Assembly: GCF_001194135.2 (NCBI RefSeq)
Contig: NC_068997.1
Span: forward strand, 43,143,811-43,188,230
Direction: 5' to 3'
Length of the DNA stretch: 44,420 bases
Source: Octopus bimaculoides
Lineage: Eukaryota
Shown: positions 11,783 to 24,616 of the stretch, in pieces
How the letters are laid out: each line of letters opens with the position of its first letter
Numbering within the stretch: the stretch's first letter is position 1
Program-made: the position numbers and the translations under genes
Notes under the pieces: model-generated
Database searches by the model: none
Told to the model about the DNA's origin: nothing
What the model saw: only the letters and a program-made list of their open reading frames with translations

Positions 11783-12269
11783 CCAACCACTAACAACAGA
11801 GTCATCGGCTTTTTTTTTTGTCATTATCATCATCGATTAGTAGAATTGGTAAAACAACAGACTAAATACCTAACTTTATATTTTACTTTCAAATCCCGCT
11901 GTATCAACATTTGGAATTGAAATGGCTTGTCAACAAATATGAGACTTTTGTGTAACAGAATATGATACGTCAACCTCACAGCTGTTTGTCATCCTCTCTA
12001 TCGACTCTTCAATTGCTTCCATCCCATGCGATATCACTACAGTGGAACGAAGAGCAAATGTCGAAATATAAGATTCAACACACTGCACGATAACAGAAGA
12101 CATCGAACAACTCTTTAGAGATCGTTGACTGAAAGATTCTTCACCATGTAGCAAAGTAGTTCTGAAACGGTGCCACCAAGATGTTTTCCATCTATCTTCT
12201 CCGCTCGCTATTCCTCGGAGGGTCGAGGGGGTTGCGTCCACAGGCACCTCTTCTGTAAAGTCCTGTCAG

Positions 12270-12535
12270 ATTGAGAACTGATATGTCCCAGCTCTTACGG
12301 GTAATGAGCAGACACTACTGGAGGAGATCAAATGCAATCATCTAGATATAGTCAGTCTCCTCTACTAGGTTCCGTGACTCTGATACCGTAGATGTGTATA
12401 GAGGGTGGAATCTCCCCAATTCAAGTGTGATGTCATTTAAGTCTGCACAATAGGATGTAGGGATACTTACACGCCTCCGGCTGTTAGATTGTGTTACGAG
12501 TTGGATCCCACTAATGGGAAAGTGTGCCTCAAGTC
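12270..12535 (+). pseudogene. RTE-clade LINE, APE endonuclease N-terminus (decayed)
   Basis: IEN*YVPALTGNEQTLLEEIKCNHLDIVSL/STRFRDSDTVDVYRGWNLPNSSV..SAQ*DVGILTRLRLLDCVTSWIPLMG matches the recalled RTE/Rex3-type pattern TWNVTSLTGKE.ELV.E..RY.LDIVG.SST...GS..VDL..GW.L.YSGV....AQAGVGIL. Stops and frameshifts present; the GC-richer DNA upstream may belong to the element. Confidence 0.8.
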
Positions 12536-12748
12536 AACAAATTTTTAAAGAATATAATTTAGAGCTTTGGAAAATCCTAGCTACTGTCTCAGCACACTCA
12601 GACAATAGCATGGATTTTCCAAAACCATCAGTGTACTCCCTCACTGTAAAGAAGTGAAGTGATTCTCAAGTCGTATATCACGAAAGGTATTTATATTCAC
12701 CATAAGTTCTTCAAAATGAAATAAGACTTTTAAAAACCTATACCACTG

Positions 12749-12812
12749 CCGGTGCCCAGCATGGCAACGGCCTTAGGGCTGAAACGGGTAAAACAATAAA
12801 AGAATAAAGTTT
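12749..12812 (+). mobile_element. SINE-B-like 3' tail fragment
   Basis: GGTGCCCAGCATGGC...CTGAAAC..GTAAAA..ATAAAAGAATAAA as in the B tails. Confidence 0.6.
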
Positions 12813-13378
12813 TAGTACACTCGCCTATAAAACTCCTCTTTGAAAGAGCCATCTTATTGTATTGTAGGATAGATGTCCCATCCAAAGTCCAAACGGTACG
12901 TTACATGGAGTTTTTAGGTGCGCCGCGGTTTTTAAAAATGTAATGTAACACTTTCAAAATATCCGTGCTTATGTCTTAGCACACTCACTTATAGAACTTA
13001 CCGAAATATTTATCTTTATGTTGAGTAAATCTCCATGCAACAAAGCACTTAGATATACATGGATTATCTAAATGTACCACAGATTTCTAGAAATATTTCT
13101 ATTTTCACAATTCATTAGAAATTCTTGAGCGCTTTGTAAAACGTGTTATTCATATTTTTTTTTCGTATACAATTATGATTAATAAAACAAGATAATGTTT
13201 TTTTATATATTTTTAATACAATCTAACCAAGCTAATATATGAAAAACAAAATAGTAATTTTGAAATAAGTTTCTATAAAACTAGTTTTTAAACACCGAAC
13301 GGCTATGGGGGTCCAGCAGAATAGAATAGTAATTAAAAGGGTCAAAAAAGAGCAATAATGTTTTATTATTACTATTTG

Positions 13379-13531
13379 ACGTTCTAAATTCAAATTCCGA
13401 CGGGGTTGACTTTGCCTTTCATCCTTTCGGAGTTGATAAAATAAGTACTAGTTGAGTACTGGGGTCGATGTCATCGACCAGACCCCTCCTCCAAAATTTC
13501 AGGCGTTGTGCCCACACTACAAAGGATTATT
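13379..13531 (+). mobile_element. SINE-A, 5'-truncated
   Basis: Body GACTTTGCCTTTCATCCTTTCGG..GATAAAATAAGTAC..GTACTGGGGTCGATG plus tail. Confidence 0.9.
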
Positions 13532-13535
13532 AAAA

Positions 13536-13790
13536 GCGGTGAGCTGGAAGAATCGTTAGAATGCCGGGCAAAATTGCTAAGCAGTATTTCGTCTGTCTTC
13601 ACGTTCAGAGTTCTAATTCCGCCGAGGACTTTGCCTTTCATCTTTTTGGGGGTAAAAAAATAAGTACCAGTTGAGCATTGGGGTCGATGTAATCGACTAA
13701 CCCACTTCTCCGAAATTGCTGGCTTTGTGCCAAAATTTGAAACCAGTAGTAGTAGTAGTAATAGTAGCAGCAGCAGCAGCGGCAGTAGCA
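13536..13790 (+). mobile_element. SINE-A, full length, followed by (AGT)n/(AGC)n
   Basis: Complete head GCGGTGAGCTGGAAGAATCGTTAG through tail GTGCCAAAATTTGAAACC. Confidence 0.92.
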
Positions 13791-13893
13791 ATGCTACTGA
13801 TCGGACCACTAAAGAGTTGTCGAAGTAAGTTTTTAGAATTCGCTTACTCCTTCTTTTGAAAACTGCTGGCCTTGTGCCAAAGTTAGAATATTG

Positions 13894-13936
13894 TATTTGA
13901 TATCCTGAAAGCTCACTGCTTCCAGGATATCAAATA
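13894..13936. other. Perfect 14-bp inverted repeat (stem extends to 19/20 bp, 5-nt loop)
   Basis: TATTTGATATCCTG 13894-13907 versus CAGGATATCAAATA 13923-13936. Confidence 0.95.
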
Positions 13937-13980
13937 AATATCCTGAAAAGAGATATCCTATCTCCTGTGGCTAGGAGATA

Positions 13981-14170
13981 AAATCGTTTGCATGTCGGGC
14001 AAAATGCTTAGCAACATTTCTTTCTGTTTCTTTTTATGTTCAAACTTGATTCTGCTTTTCATCTTTTTCGGGGTCGATTAAATAAATACAAATTAAGCAG
14101 TGGGATCGGTATAATCGAATAACCCCTCTTCCTCTATAAGTTGCTGATCTTAGGCCAACATTTGAAACCA
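13981..14170 (+). mobile_element. SINE-A, decayed
   Basis: AATCGTT..CATGTCGGGCAAAATGCTTAGC...TTTTCATCTTTTTCGGGGTCGAT...TTTGAAACCA. Confidence 0.8.
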
Positions 14171-14767
14171 TAAATATTGTTGTTGAGTCAGCGATATCCA
14201 AAATGACCACAAACCACTGATATATTACGTCAAAAGAGAAGTCAACCAACCGCAGTCCGTTTCACACCAGACGATAAAAATACGAAAATAAGAACCAGAA
14301 ATTGTAGGAAGCTACTAGTAATAGAGGACAACTAGTGAAGAGAAATAGCTCGAAGTTACGGAAATCGAACTTTCAGGAGCTTACCAGCACTCTACAGAGT
14401 TCGTATATTTAATCTTTTGCTTAACAGAGCCAAACTAATTGCGGAACGGACGAAATCATATACAGGAACACAAACCTGACTGACACTGGCTTAGCTAGAA
14501 ACCGCAGGCGATAAAGCGAGAAAAGACGAAAGAAAATCAAGTTTTGCAATTGGGACAGAAATGTATCGACAAGTTAATTCGATATAAAGGAATAGATACA
14601 ATTGTTCACGAAATCATATTGTATCCCAGAGGAACTAATCCTCGCCAAATGGAAGAATTTCTACGCAACTTTGCATTAACAAAATCCAATCTAACACAGA
14701 AAGAAAATAATACAATAGAAATAAATAAAAAGCTGCGTCGCCATTGAAATATCTCAATAACATAGTG

Positions 14768-15236
14768 AGAGAGAGAGGGAGAGAGAGAGAGAGAGAGCGG
14801 TGCTTCTTTGATGAAATCTATGTGTGTGTGCGTGAGTGTGTGTGCGTGAGTGTGTGTGCGTGAGTGTGTGTGTAGAGACACACTCATACACACACCACAC
14901 ACACACACATACATATATATGGCTATATAAGTGTGTGAGTGTGGTGGAGCACATAGATACATATGCATATAAACGTAAGTTTATATATATNNNNNNNNNN
15001 NNNNNNNNNNNNNNNNNNNNNNNNNNNNNNNNNNNNNNNNNNNNNNNNNNNNNNNNNNNNNNNNNNNNNNNNNNNNNNNNNNNNNNNNNNNNNNNNNNNN
15101 NNNTATACACACATATATATCTTTATTTATATATAAAAGTATGTATCTACCTGTCTATCGATTTAAAAACCAATGTATGTATGCATGTATATATGTATGT
15201 ATGTATTTATACATACATGCATACGTATATATACAT

Positions 15237-15304
<68 letters not shown>

Positions 15305-15795
15305 TTAATGGTATGTATATACGTGCATGTGTATAACATATGTATGTATATGTATATATTTTGAATGCATGTATATTTTGAATCCATTCAGTCTATAAAC
15401 TTATGTGTATACATGAGTGCATCTACCGAATAATCTGTTTATCCATCACGATACTCTATACATCCATCTGGATGTATGTCTGTGTATTTACCTGGAAGTC
15501 TTTTCATCGAGCCAGATGACTGCCACTGATTAATTACATCATTATCAATCTTCACGCAAACACACAGACATGAAAAGTGAATACACACTCACATGTACAT
15601 ACACTTACCCCCATATACATACATACATACATACATAGATACATACATACACACACACATACATACATACATACATACACACATACATACATACATACAT
15701 ACATACATACATACATACATGCATACACACATACATACATATGTGTATTTGTGAGTGCGCGCGAGTCTGTGTGCGTGATATATATATATATGTGA

Positions 15796-15826
<31 letters not shown>

Positions 15827-15836
15827 TGATATATTG

Positions 15837-15870
<34 letters not shown>

Positions 15871-16412
15871 TTGTATGTGTGTGTGTGTTTGTGTGTGTGT
15901 GTGTTTATATACATATATACACACACACACACACATACACACATCCATGCACACACATTTATACACTCACCTACATACATGTGTATACTTGTTTTTGGGT
16001 GCGTGGTGTATGAGAGAGTGGGTTTAAATGCAGGCTAACATAGATGAGGAGATGAGCCGAAGATAATTTTTAATTAGTTGAAATTACAACCCTAATGAGG
16101 AAAGAGTCATTAGCGGTAATGAAGTTTTGTTCTTAAAAGCGCCAAGGGAGAGAAGTCACGCAAACTTCAAACGAGAGACGTATGTATGTATGTATGTATG
16201 TATGTATGTTTGAATGTATGTATGTGTGAATGTATGTTTGAATGTATGTATTTATTTATCAATACATGTATATATATATACTTACACATACACACACACC
16301 TACATAAACACACACATATTTGTGTGTGTGTGTGTGTGTGTGTGATCTTTTACATGTCTGTAGAATTCTTTTAAGACGAAATTCAATTCAACAATGTCTA
16401 GATGTGTGTCTT

Positions 16413-16455
<43 letters not shown>

Positions 16456-16530
16456 GTGTGTATGTGTGTGTGCGTGTGCGTGCGTGCGTATGTGTGTGTG
16501 TGTGTGTGCGCGTGTATGTGTGTGTGTGTA
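14768..16530. repeat. Dense field of (GA)n, (CA/TG)n, (TA)n and (TACA)n microsatellites
   Basis: Direct reading; source of many spurious ORFs. Confidence 0.9.
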
Positions 16531-16630
16531 TGATATGTATGTATATGATATAATAAGAGTGCATTGTATTTCATATACTTTCGTGTGTGTGTGCGCGAGC
16601 GTGTAAAACAGCAGACGTTACTGGCGATGT

Positions 16631-16652
16631 ACTACTACTACTGCTACTACTG

Positions 16653-16716
<64 letters not shown>
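16631..16716. repeat. (ACT)n array
   Basis: Direct reading. Confidence 0.97.
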
Positions 16717-16910
16717 ATTTAGTATATAATGATGAACAGAATGTAGGTTCCTTGAAGGAAGTGATGCTTAGATGGATTTAAAAAAAGAATTGTTTGCAAT
16801 CTTGTATGTAGTGGGCATATATGTGTGTATATGTACATATGTATGTATATGTGTATATATGTATGTATATGTGCATATAAGTGTGTTTATGCACATATGT
16901 ATATGTGTAA

Positions 16911-16960
<50 letters not shown>

Positions 16961-17342
16961 CATGTAAATATATGCATGAATATATGGTACACATATGAAT
17001 ATGTATGTTTGTATGTATGTGTGAGTGTCTCTATGCATGCTTCATTATGTATGCAGGTAAGCACGTACGTATATATATATATGTGGGGGGGGGCATGCAG
17101 TTAAGTATGCATGTATGTATGCGTGTATGCATTTATGTATAAATGCAAATTTGAAAATGTACATATCTGTCGCCAATGTATATCGGTAAAAGATATAAAA
17201 ATCTTGAGGAGGAAGTTTGGCAACTTCCGAAGATGTCAACATCAACCTTAGAGTAAAAGGGAATCAGTCTTGCCAGGAGGCAACAAGTTTAATAAAAACG
17301 CTGATCATATCACTGTTGTGTCTGCTACTGCTGTTGTTGACA

Positions 17343-17397
<55 letters not shown>

Positions 17398-17419
17398 CGA
17401 TGATGACGACGACGACGAC

Positions 17420-17462
<43 letters not shown>

Positions 17463-17469
17463 GTGATTA
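17343..17469. repeat. (GAT)n with internal (GAC)n
   Basis: Direct reading; no flanking coding context. Confidence 0.97.
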
Positions 17470-17821
17470 TATTGTCTTTGTTTTTGTTTTGCTTTTTTTT
17501 TCTCCAATTTCCAGTTGCTCTTCCGCCGTTCTTTCACATGAATATCAATATCTTCATAAGTTTTTTTTTGGGGGGGGGGCTTGATGGCATTATTGGTTTT
17601 CTGATTTTCCAAACACAGGGATGCTGTTGCTATTATTATTGTTGATGTAGTTGCTGCTGATGTTGGTGCTGTTGTTGTCGTCCGTTTTTAGTTCTTGGTC
17701 AACCCTGATCTCGCAGTGCAATAGCCAATTACATTCCCACTACTGGCCATCCAGCCATATTAGGAGTAACCCATTCAAGGCCATCTCATATGCCTTCCTC
17801 CGTCTTTTTAAAGCTGAGTTA

Positions 17822-18040
17822 TTCTTTTCTTCTAGTACTCCTTTCAGTTACTGGACTACGGCCATGCTGGAGTGGTACATTGAAGTTTTTAGTGGAACAA
17901 ATCGACCGCAATCCTTATTTTAAGTCTGGCACTTACTTTATTGATCCCTTTTTGCCGAACTGCTGTTACAGAGATTAAGACAAGCCTACAATGGTTGACT
18001 AGTGATGAGGGAGCCAAACACAAAGACGCTCACACACGCA
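17822..18040 (-). mobile_element. SINE-B, 3' half
   Basis: TTTCAG..GGCCATGCTGGAG...AACAAATCGACC...TTTTGCCGAACTGCT as in 40518-40962. Confidence 0.8.
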
Positions 18041-18281
18041 TACAAGCACGCACGCACGCACGCACACACACAGACATACACACACATCATGCATACACAT
18101 ATACATACATGGTATCTTCCAGCTTCTCTTCATATTATATATATNNNNNNNNNNNNNNNNNNNNNNNNNNNNNNNNNNNNNNNNNNNNNNNNNNNNNNNN
18201 NNNNNNNNNNNNNNNNNNNNNNNNNNNNNNNNNNNNNNNNNNNNNNNNNNNNNNNNNGTATGTATGTATGTATGTATGTGA

Positions 18282-18365
<84 letters not shown>

Positions 18366-19063
18366 GCAGGTTGGGAGGTAGGTATAATGAAAGTATAAAC
18401 AAGCAAACAACTGGTTTATTTTATATGGTTGGTATATGACTTTCGTATGCTAAAGAGTGTTAAGTTATTATGAGTACAACTCATTAGAAAGTCACAGTTG
18501 AAGTTGGAGTTTTGGACAGCAAGTGAACTTGAGCATTAATTGTATGTTCCTATCAGCTCACGCCATCAGACGTGATATTATTACCTGGCATGTATGTATG
18601 TGTGTGTGTGTGTGTGTTCGCAGCATTCGTGGATTCCCATGACTGTCGCCATCCAATTCCATTGTAATGAATTTGAATTGGCAGCTTGAGTTATTATGAA
18701 TCTTTCATTATCTGATTACACAACCATAGACGTCACCCCTATGGATGCGTTACAGTTGCTCTCTTGATAGACCTTAATGATCCTGGCCGTTGATCTTAAA
18801 GGATTCCTCCGCTCAGCATCTAAGATCTTCTAGTATTCCTCCACTCAGTTCAGCTCTTCCGCTATCTCTTTACAATCCGCCATGCTACATTTCCATGACT
18901 TCGCCGTATCCCTGGCTACACGGAATGTTGTCAATGAACAGGTCGCGGTCTCAAAGCAACGAAAATATTTTGACAAATTAAATTTAAATGTTGAAGTGAA
19001 TCTAACGGTTTTTGTGCGTTTTAAATGGCTTATAAACACCTTCCACGCTGCAATTGTATATAC

Positions 19064-19115
<52 letters not shown>

Positions 19116-19429
19116 NNNNNNNNNNNNNNNNNNNNNNNNNNNNNNNNNNNNNNNNNNNNNNNNNNNNNNNNNNNNNNNNNNNNNNNNNNNNNNNNNNNNN
19201 NNNNNNNNNNNNNNNNNNNNNNNNNNNNNNNNNNNNNNNNNNNNNNNNNNNNNNNNNNNNNNNNNNNNNNNNNNNNNNNNNNNNNNNNNNNNNNNNNNNN
19301 NNNNNNNNNNNNNNNNNNNNNNNNNNNNNNNNNNNNNNNNNNNNNNNNNNNNNNNNNNNNNNNNNNNNNNNNNNNNNNNNNNNNNNNNNNNNNNNNNNNN
19401 NNNNNNNNNNNNNNNNNNNNNNNNNNNNN

Positions 19430-19523
<94 letters not shown>

Positions 19524-20526
19524 CAGAACCCTGTGTAACATGATTTTTGTCCTTGGGTAACAACTGTTATTTCCTATTTACTTACCCCTAGGAAATATGA
19601 AAAACGGTTAATATGTCCTTCAAATTTCACTTTTGTTACATTCATTCAAAACCCGAAGAATCCCTCTCAACACATGACTGTGATGCTCCCCCGCTACACC
19701 TGCTCATGACCAGAGATGCACATACTGTCAGCAACTAAGGGACATACTCAAGTGGTTATGATGAAGCAGCTTACAAACAAGTCTGTAGTATTGAACAGAA
19801 TATTCGCTATAACGATATATCTGCTTCAGCAGCTCAGTGCTGAATCTGGAATGCAATGGAAAATAAGTTAATTTCAAAACATCGATGTGCAGATCAGAAA
19901 GGCAAAGTTTGAAGGGAATGGTAGTGATTTCCTTTAATTTCTAGATAGAAGCAAATAGGAAATAATACTTACAAGGACAAAAAATTTTGAACTTTGTTAC
20001 ACAGTGTAATCTGACCACTAAAACGTTTGATGTATAGTTCTAAATGAGGCCTACATTTCACATGCCTGGGTGCATTACCAGTTTAACGGAACCATTAGAT
20101 GATCGAATGACTACATAGAAGCTCCTTCATTCGTTTATAGAGCTGTAACCTTCTTGGCTTTCCGTATTGGCATTACCAATGATAGCTAAACTAAAATGGC
20201 TTCAACTGGAAATTAAGACCAGCTCGTGAAATCGAAGCAGTTTCAGAAAAGTATGGTCATCATAAAATCCCATTGTCTCACCTCATACCTCTTTTATAAA
20301 AAAAAAAATTATGTTCTGCCAAAAATAAAAAATTATTTTGTGGATGGAGGTTTTTCGGTAAAACCTACTTTTTCGGTAGACGCGACAACATGCAATACAA
20401 TAACCTAAATATTAGTAATATACTATGATAGCTTTCATCTATTTTAATAGTCTATGACAAAATAAGGTACTGAGTCTCGCTGGAAAAAAAAAAGATTATT
20501 ACGGTCACGACGAGATGAAAATGCCA

Positions 20527-20686
20527 ATGACGATGATGATGATGATGATGATGAGGAGGAGGAGGAGGAGGAGGACGAGGAGGACGAGGACGAGGACGAG
20601 GAGGACGAGGAGGACGAGGAGGACGATGACGACGATGAAGAAATGACAGCGCAGTTACGACGACTATGATGATAATGATGATGATG
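20527..20686. repeat. (GAT)n-(GAG)n-(GAC/GAG)n compound array
   Basis: Direct reading. Confidence 0.95.
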
Positions 20687-21035
20687 GAGATGTACATTTT
20701 TCTTGGTAAAATATTTATTTTGATATTCAATATATCTATAAAGGTGCCAAAACACCTTTATATATGCATTGAAGGTTAAATGCAGAAAATTTATTATGGA
20801 CATCGATGAAAGGAGATTAAATGACAGAGAGTAAGAAGATGGCACAAATATTGTGGGTGTTGTAGAATGGAGAGGAAAGAGAATTACGCATCGAAGACAG
20901 AAAGGGAGAACGATAATAAGAAAGGAAGTGAATTAAGAGAAGAAGAAAGCAACGAGAAAAGGGAGAGAGAGTGCGAAAAGAAAGATGAGAAGTATAGAGA
21001 GTGGTAAAAAGTAAGTGGTTCGTTCATATGATGGT

Positions 21036-21431
21036 GTGGAGGCGCAATGGCCCAGTGGTTAGGGCAGCGGACTCGCGGTCATAGGATCGCTGTTTCGATT
21101 CCCAGACCAAGCGTTGTGAGTGTTTATTGAGCGAAAACACCTAAAAGCTCCACGAGGCTCCGGCAAGAGATGGTGGCGAACCCTGCTGAACTCTTTCACC
21201 ACAACTTTCTCTCACTCTTACTTCCTGTTTCTGTTGTGCCTGTAATTCAAAGGGCCAGCCTTGTCACACTGTGTCACGCTGAATATCCCCGAGAACTACG
21301 TTAAGGGTACACGTGTCTGTGGAGTGCTCAACCACTTGCACGTTAATTTCACGAGCAGACTGTTCCGTTGATCGGATCAACTGGAACCCTCGACGTTGTA
21401 AGCGACGGAGTGCCAACAACAACAACAACAA
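21036..21431 (+). mobile_element. SINE family C, full length, (AAC)n tail, 11-bp TSD
   Basis: A-box TGGCCCAGTGGTTAG at 21048, B-box GTTTCGATTCC at 21092-21102, (AAC)n from 21415, TSD CATATGATGGT at 21025-21035 and 21432-21442. Confidence 0.95.
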
Positions 21432-23736
21432 CATATGATGGTAAGCGATGAAGAAAGAGAAGAGGAGTCAGAAATACAGGCTGAATTCAATATATCATGG
21501 AGAAAGGGATAAAAGTGATAAATGATAAATATCAGGTACCTTCAATTTACAGATGGAACCCACTGCAGTTTTTATATTCACGGCAAATGTCAGCCTCATC
21601 CCTTCCGGTTTGTTTGCCTGGTCGTTTGTTCTTAATTCTTGTTGATGTTGCCTCGCATTGTTACGAGTTCTTCGTTGTTTTTTCTTATTTTATGTTCTCG
21701 AGCCTTTTGCTGGTCTTCATTTTGTCGAACAGGTGCGGACAAAATTATGAACGCTTTTGATTGGATGTTGAACAATTATTTGATATGATTTGCTGTTCCT
21801 GTTTTGTTGTTGCTTTTTGTAGTGTGTTTATATTTCCCCATTTATTTTGGTACTTTATAATCAACAGTTGAACACTCCCACCTAAATCCAACTCACCTAA
21901 CACTCCATCTTCTTCACTATCTGCCACTTCACAAGCCAATGAACATATATTTCTGCAGGACAGGCTTTGGTTTGCGTTACTTAGCTATAGACTATACAAA
22001 TAACGCTTTGTGGATGTGAAGTTAAGAAGCTAGTATCCATCAATTGTCTCTGCGGACGTATGATTAATAAAGTCTGCTTTCGAAAAAAAGTTATATATGC
22101 AATTATTAAACTTCCAGCTCTTCGAATTACAAGGCAAGTTTGAGTTTTGCGTAAGGCACGTTTCAGCTCGGCATGTTTAATCTGCCCTTTCTAAAATATA
22201 CCACAACCTTTCATCTGAGAATACCTTCAATTATTGCTATTTGCCGCCACCTCCTCTCAGTGGGCCGTGTTTTATGCAGGCCAAGACTTTTCCTTAGTTT
22301 TGCTTTGTGGATTCTTTCCGATTTCTCATTCATCGTTGAAGAGCTGTTTTGAGAATTATGCATTGTTCATTCACTCAACATACACTACTACCCAGCTCAT
22401 TCCAATGACAATGGTACAGGTACATTAGGCGCATCCCAATTTCAGCAGCGGTTATTCAGGGGAAAAGGTTTTAGGGCATTAAGACACGTATTACTTAAAG
22501 CAATGAAGCATTGCATTACAAAACATTACAAATGTATCTAAGCAGTGATAATAATGTTTAGGCAAATGTTATCATGATAAAGTTAGGCTGTGTATTGATA
22601 GAGGAGTCCGTCTTCATTAAAATCAGCCGTCATTAAAATTAGCGCCAAAGACAAAATGAGCTTACAGGAGGCACAGCTTCGCATATTGGACCCGGGTTGA
22701 TTTTTCTGAGATATTTTTGTAGGGGACGGGAAGAGCGTTTTATAAGCAATTAAATAGATTATGCAAAAATAATAGTATAGAAATATAGATGTTTTCAGAT
22801 GAAGAACAAAATAAGATGTGGTTGTACTGAGGACTGCTTCTTAAGGGGAGAGAATCGCTTCTAGATTTATTTTTCTTATGTTGCGGAATTTCTATATAAT
22901 TCTTTTCTTTTACTTTTTCATTTCCGGGAGAGAAAGTCCTTACAAAGTCAGCCTGTAGTAAGTAAAACAGTTAAAATATGTAGGATTTTTATAAATTTTA
23001 ATAATGAACTTTTAACTATTGGTTGTCTACATTCCAATGATAGAGATTCGTTTCTGAATATAAGAAACAAACTCATTGTGTGAAGAATTCAAAAATTTAA
23101 GTACTAAATAGACCATACACTTGCATACACACCATACCTATCTATCTGTCTATCTGTTTATCTCTTTCTTTCTCTCTCTCTCTCTCTCTCTCTCTNNNNN
23201 NNNNNNNNNNNNNNNNNNNNNNNNNNNNNNNNNNNNNNNNNNNNNNNNNNNNNNNNNNNNNNNNNNNNNNNNNNNNNNNNNNNNNNNNNNNNNNNNNNNN
23301 NNNNNNNNNNNNNNNNNNNNNNNNNNNNNNNNNNNNNNNNNNNNNNNNNNNNNNNNNNNNNNNNNNNNNNNNNNNNNNNNNNNNNNNNNNNNNNNNNNNN
23401 NNNNNNNNNNNNNNNNNNNNNNNNNNNNNNNNNNNNNNNNNNNNNNNNNNNNNNNNNNNNNNNNNNNNNNNNNNNNNNNNNNNNNNNNNNNNNNNNNNNN
23501 NNNNNNNNNNNNNNNNNNNNNNNNNNNNNNNNNNNNNNNNNNNNNNNNNNNNNNNNNNNNNNNNNNNNNNNNNNNNNNNNNNNNNNNNNNNNNNNNNNNN
23601 NNNNNNNNNNNNNNNNNNNNNNNNNNNNNNTTGAGAGAATAGTAATATTCTCTCAACTTTTCTAAACAATCTATGTCCTTGGCAGCAACAAACTGTGAAT
23701 CCGTTAAACGCAGTTAACTTATTTCGGAGTACCTGC

Positions 23737-23792
<56 letters not shown>

Positions 23793-24060
23793 TGAAATTG
23801 ATTCATAACAGTTAAAGTATCTTCTCCATCGAATAACGTTGTTATATATCAGATGGCAACACACAATCATGACATTTTCGCCATGGTATACCTAAAACTT
23901 AAATACACATGCACTCTTACTAGGATAATATAAATAATCACATAAATAAAATATTTACTTCAGGTTTATTTCTCTGTTATATTCCCAAGATAGATAAGAA
24001 ACTATCAAGAATTAAATCATATCTAAAATTGTATTTAACATTGCATGTATTTTCAAAGAA

Positions 24061-24341
24061 GGCGAACGGTCTAGTGGTTAGAGTGGTGTACTTACGATTT
24101 TTCATCGTGGTTTCGATTCTCAGATCTGTTGTGTGCTTGGCGAAAACATTTCATTTAACGTTGCTCCTGTTCACTCATCTGTAAATGGGTAACCATGCGA
24201 CGGACATGCGTCCCGTTCAGAGGGAATGTTGGTCTGTCCGCCTACAAGAGAAGTGGCATCACTCAAAAGCTAAAACGATGCCCGGAAGTGCATCGTGGTC
24301 AGCAATGTATAACAACTTCCGATAGTCTGGTCAATACAGTG
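24061..24341 (+). mobile_element. SINE family D, tRNA head plus CORE-like domain
   Basis: A-box CGGTCTAGTGGTTAG, B-box GTTTCGATTCT, then CACTCATCTGTAAATGGGTAA, similar to the MIR CORE motif CTCATCTGTAAAATGGGGATAA. Confidence 0.75.
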
Positions 24342-24412
24342 ATATATATATATATATATACGTTTATGAATTTGTGTTGCAAGATTCCTGATGTGAAGTC
24401 GTGTGTTAAAAC

Positions 24413-24616
24413 ATATATTGTATTTGGAGACGGTTATTTTTTTTTTCTGCCAAATAGACACACGCACTATATATTCGTTTTTCACACGCTTATTACTGTT
24501 TTATTGTAACTCATGTCCATTGTCCGAAAATTTTTCGTCACACATCTGTGACCTCCTCAGCGACACTTTCCACCTTCGTGTCAGGAAAAAATGACCATCA
24601 CGAAATACAATATGTA
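24413..24616. mobile_element. MITE-like element with ~35-bp imperfect TIRs
   Basis: ATATTGTATTTGGAGACGGTTATTTTTTTTTCTG versus reverse complement of 24582-24616 (ATATTGTATTTCGTGATGGTCATTTTTTCCTG); TA-rich flanks. Confidence 0.65.

Noticed and set aside
15458-15477. 9-bp palindrome ATACATCCA/TGGATGTAT
   Set aside because: Expected by chance.
18930-19050. Probable dispersed-repeat fragment; checked for a hammerhead core
   Set aside because: No CTGANGA/GAAA core on either strand and no second copy in the window, so it cannot be classified.
21959-22020. Possible exon TGFGLRYLAIDYTNNALWM
   Set aside because: Good acceptor but only a weak donor before the stop; no recognisable domain.
22234-22428. 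64-aa ORF with an internal AG...GT-bounded open frame
   Set aside because: No motif and no independent support.
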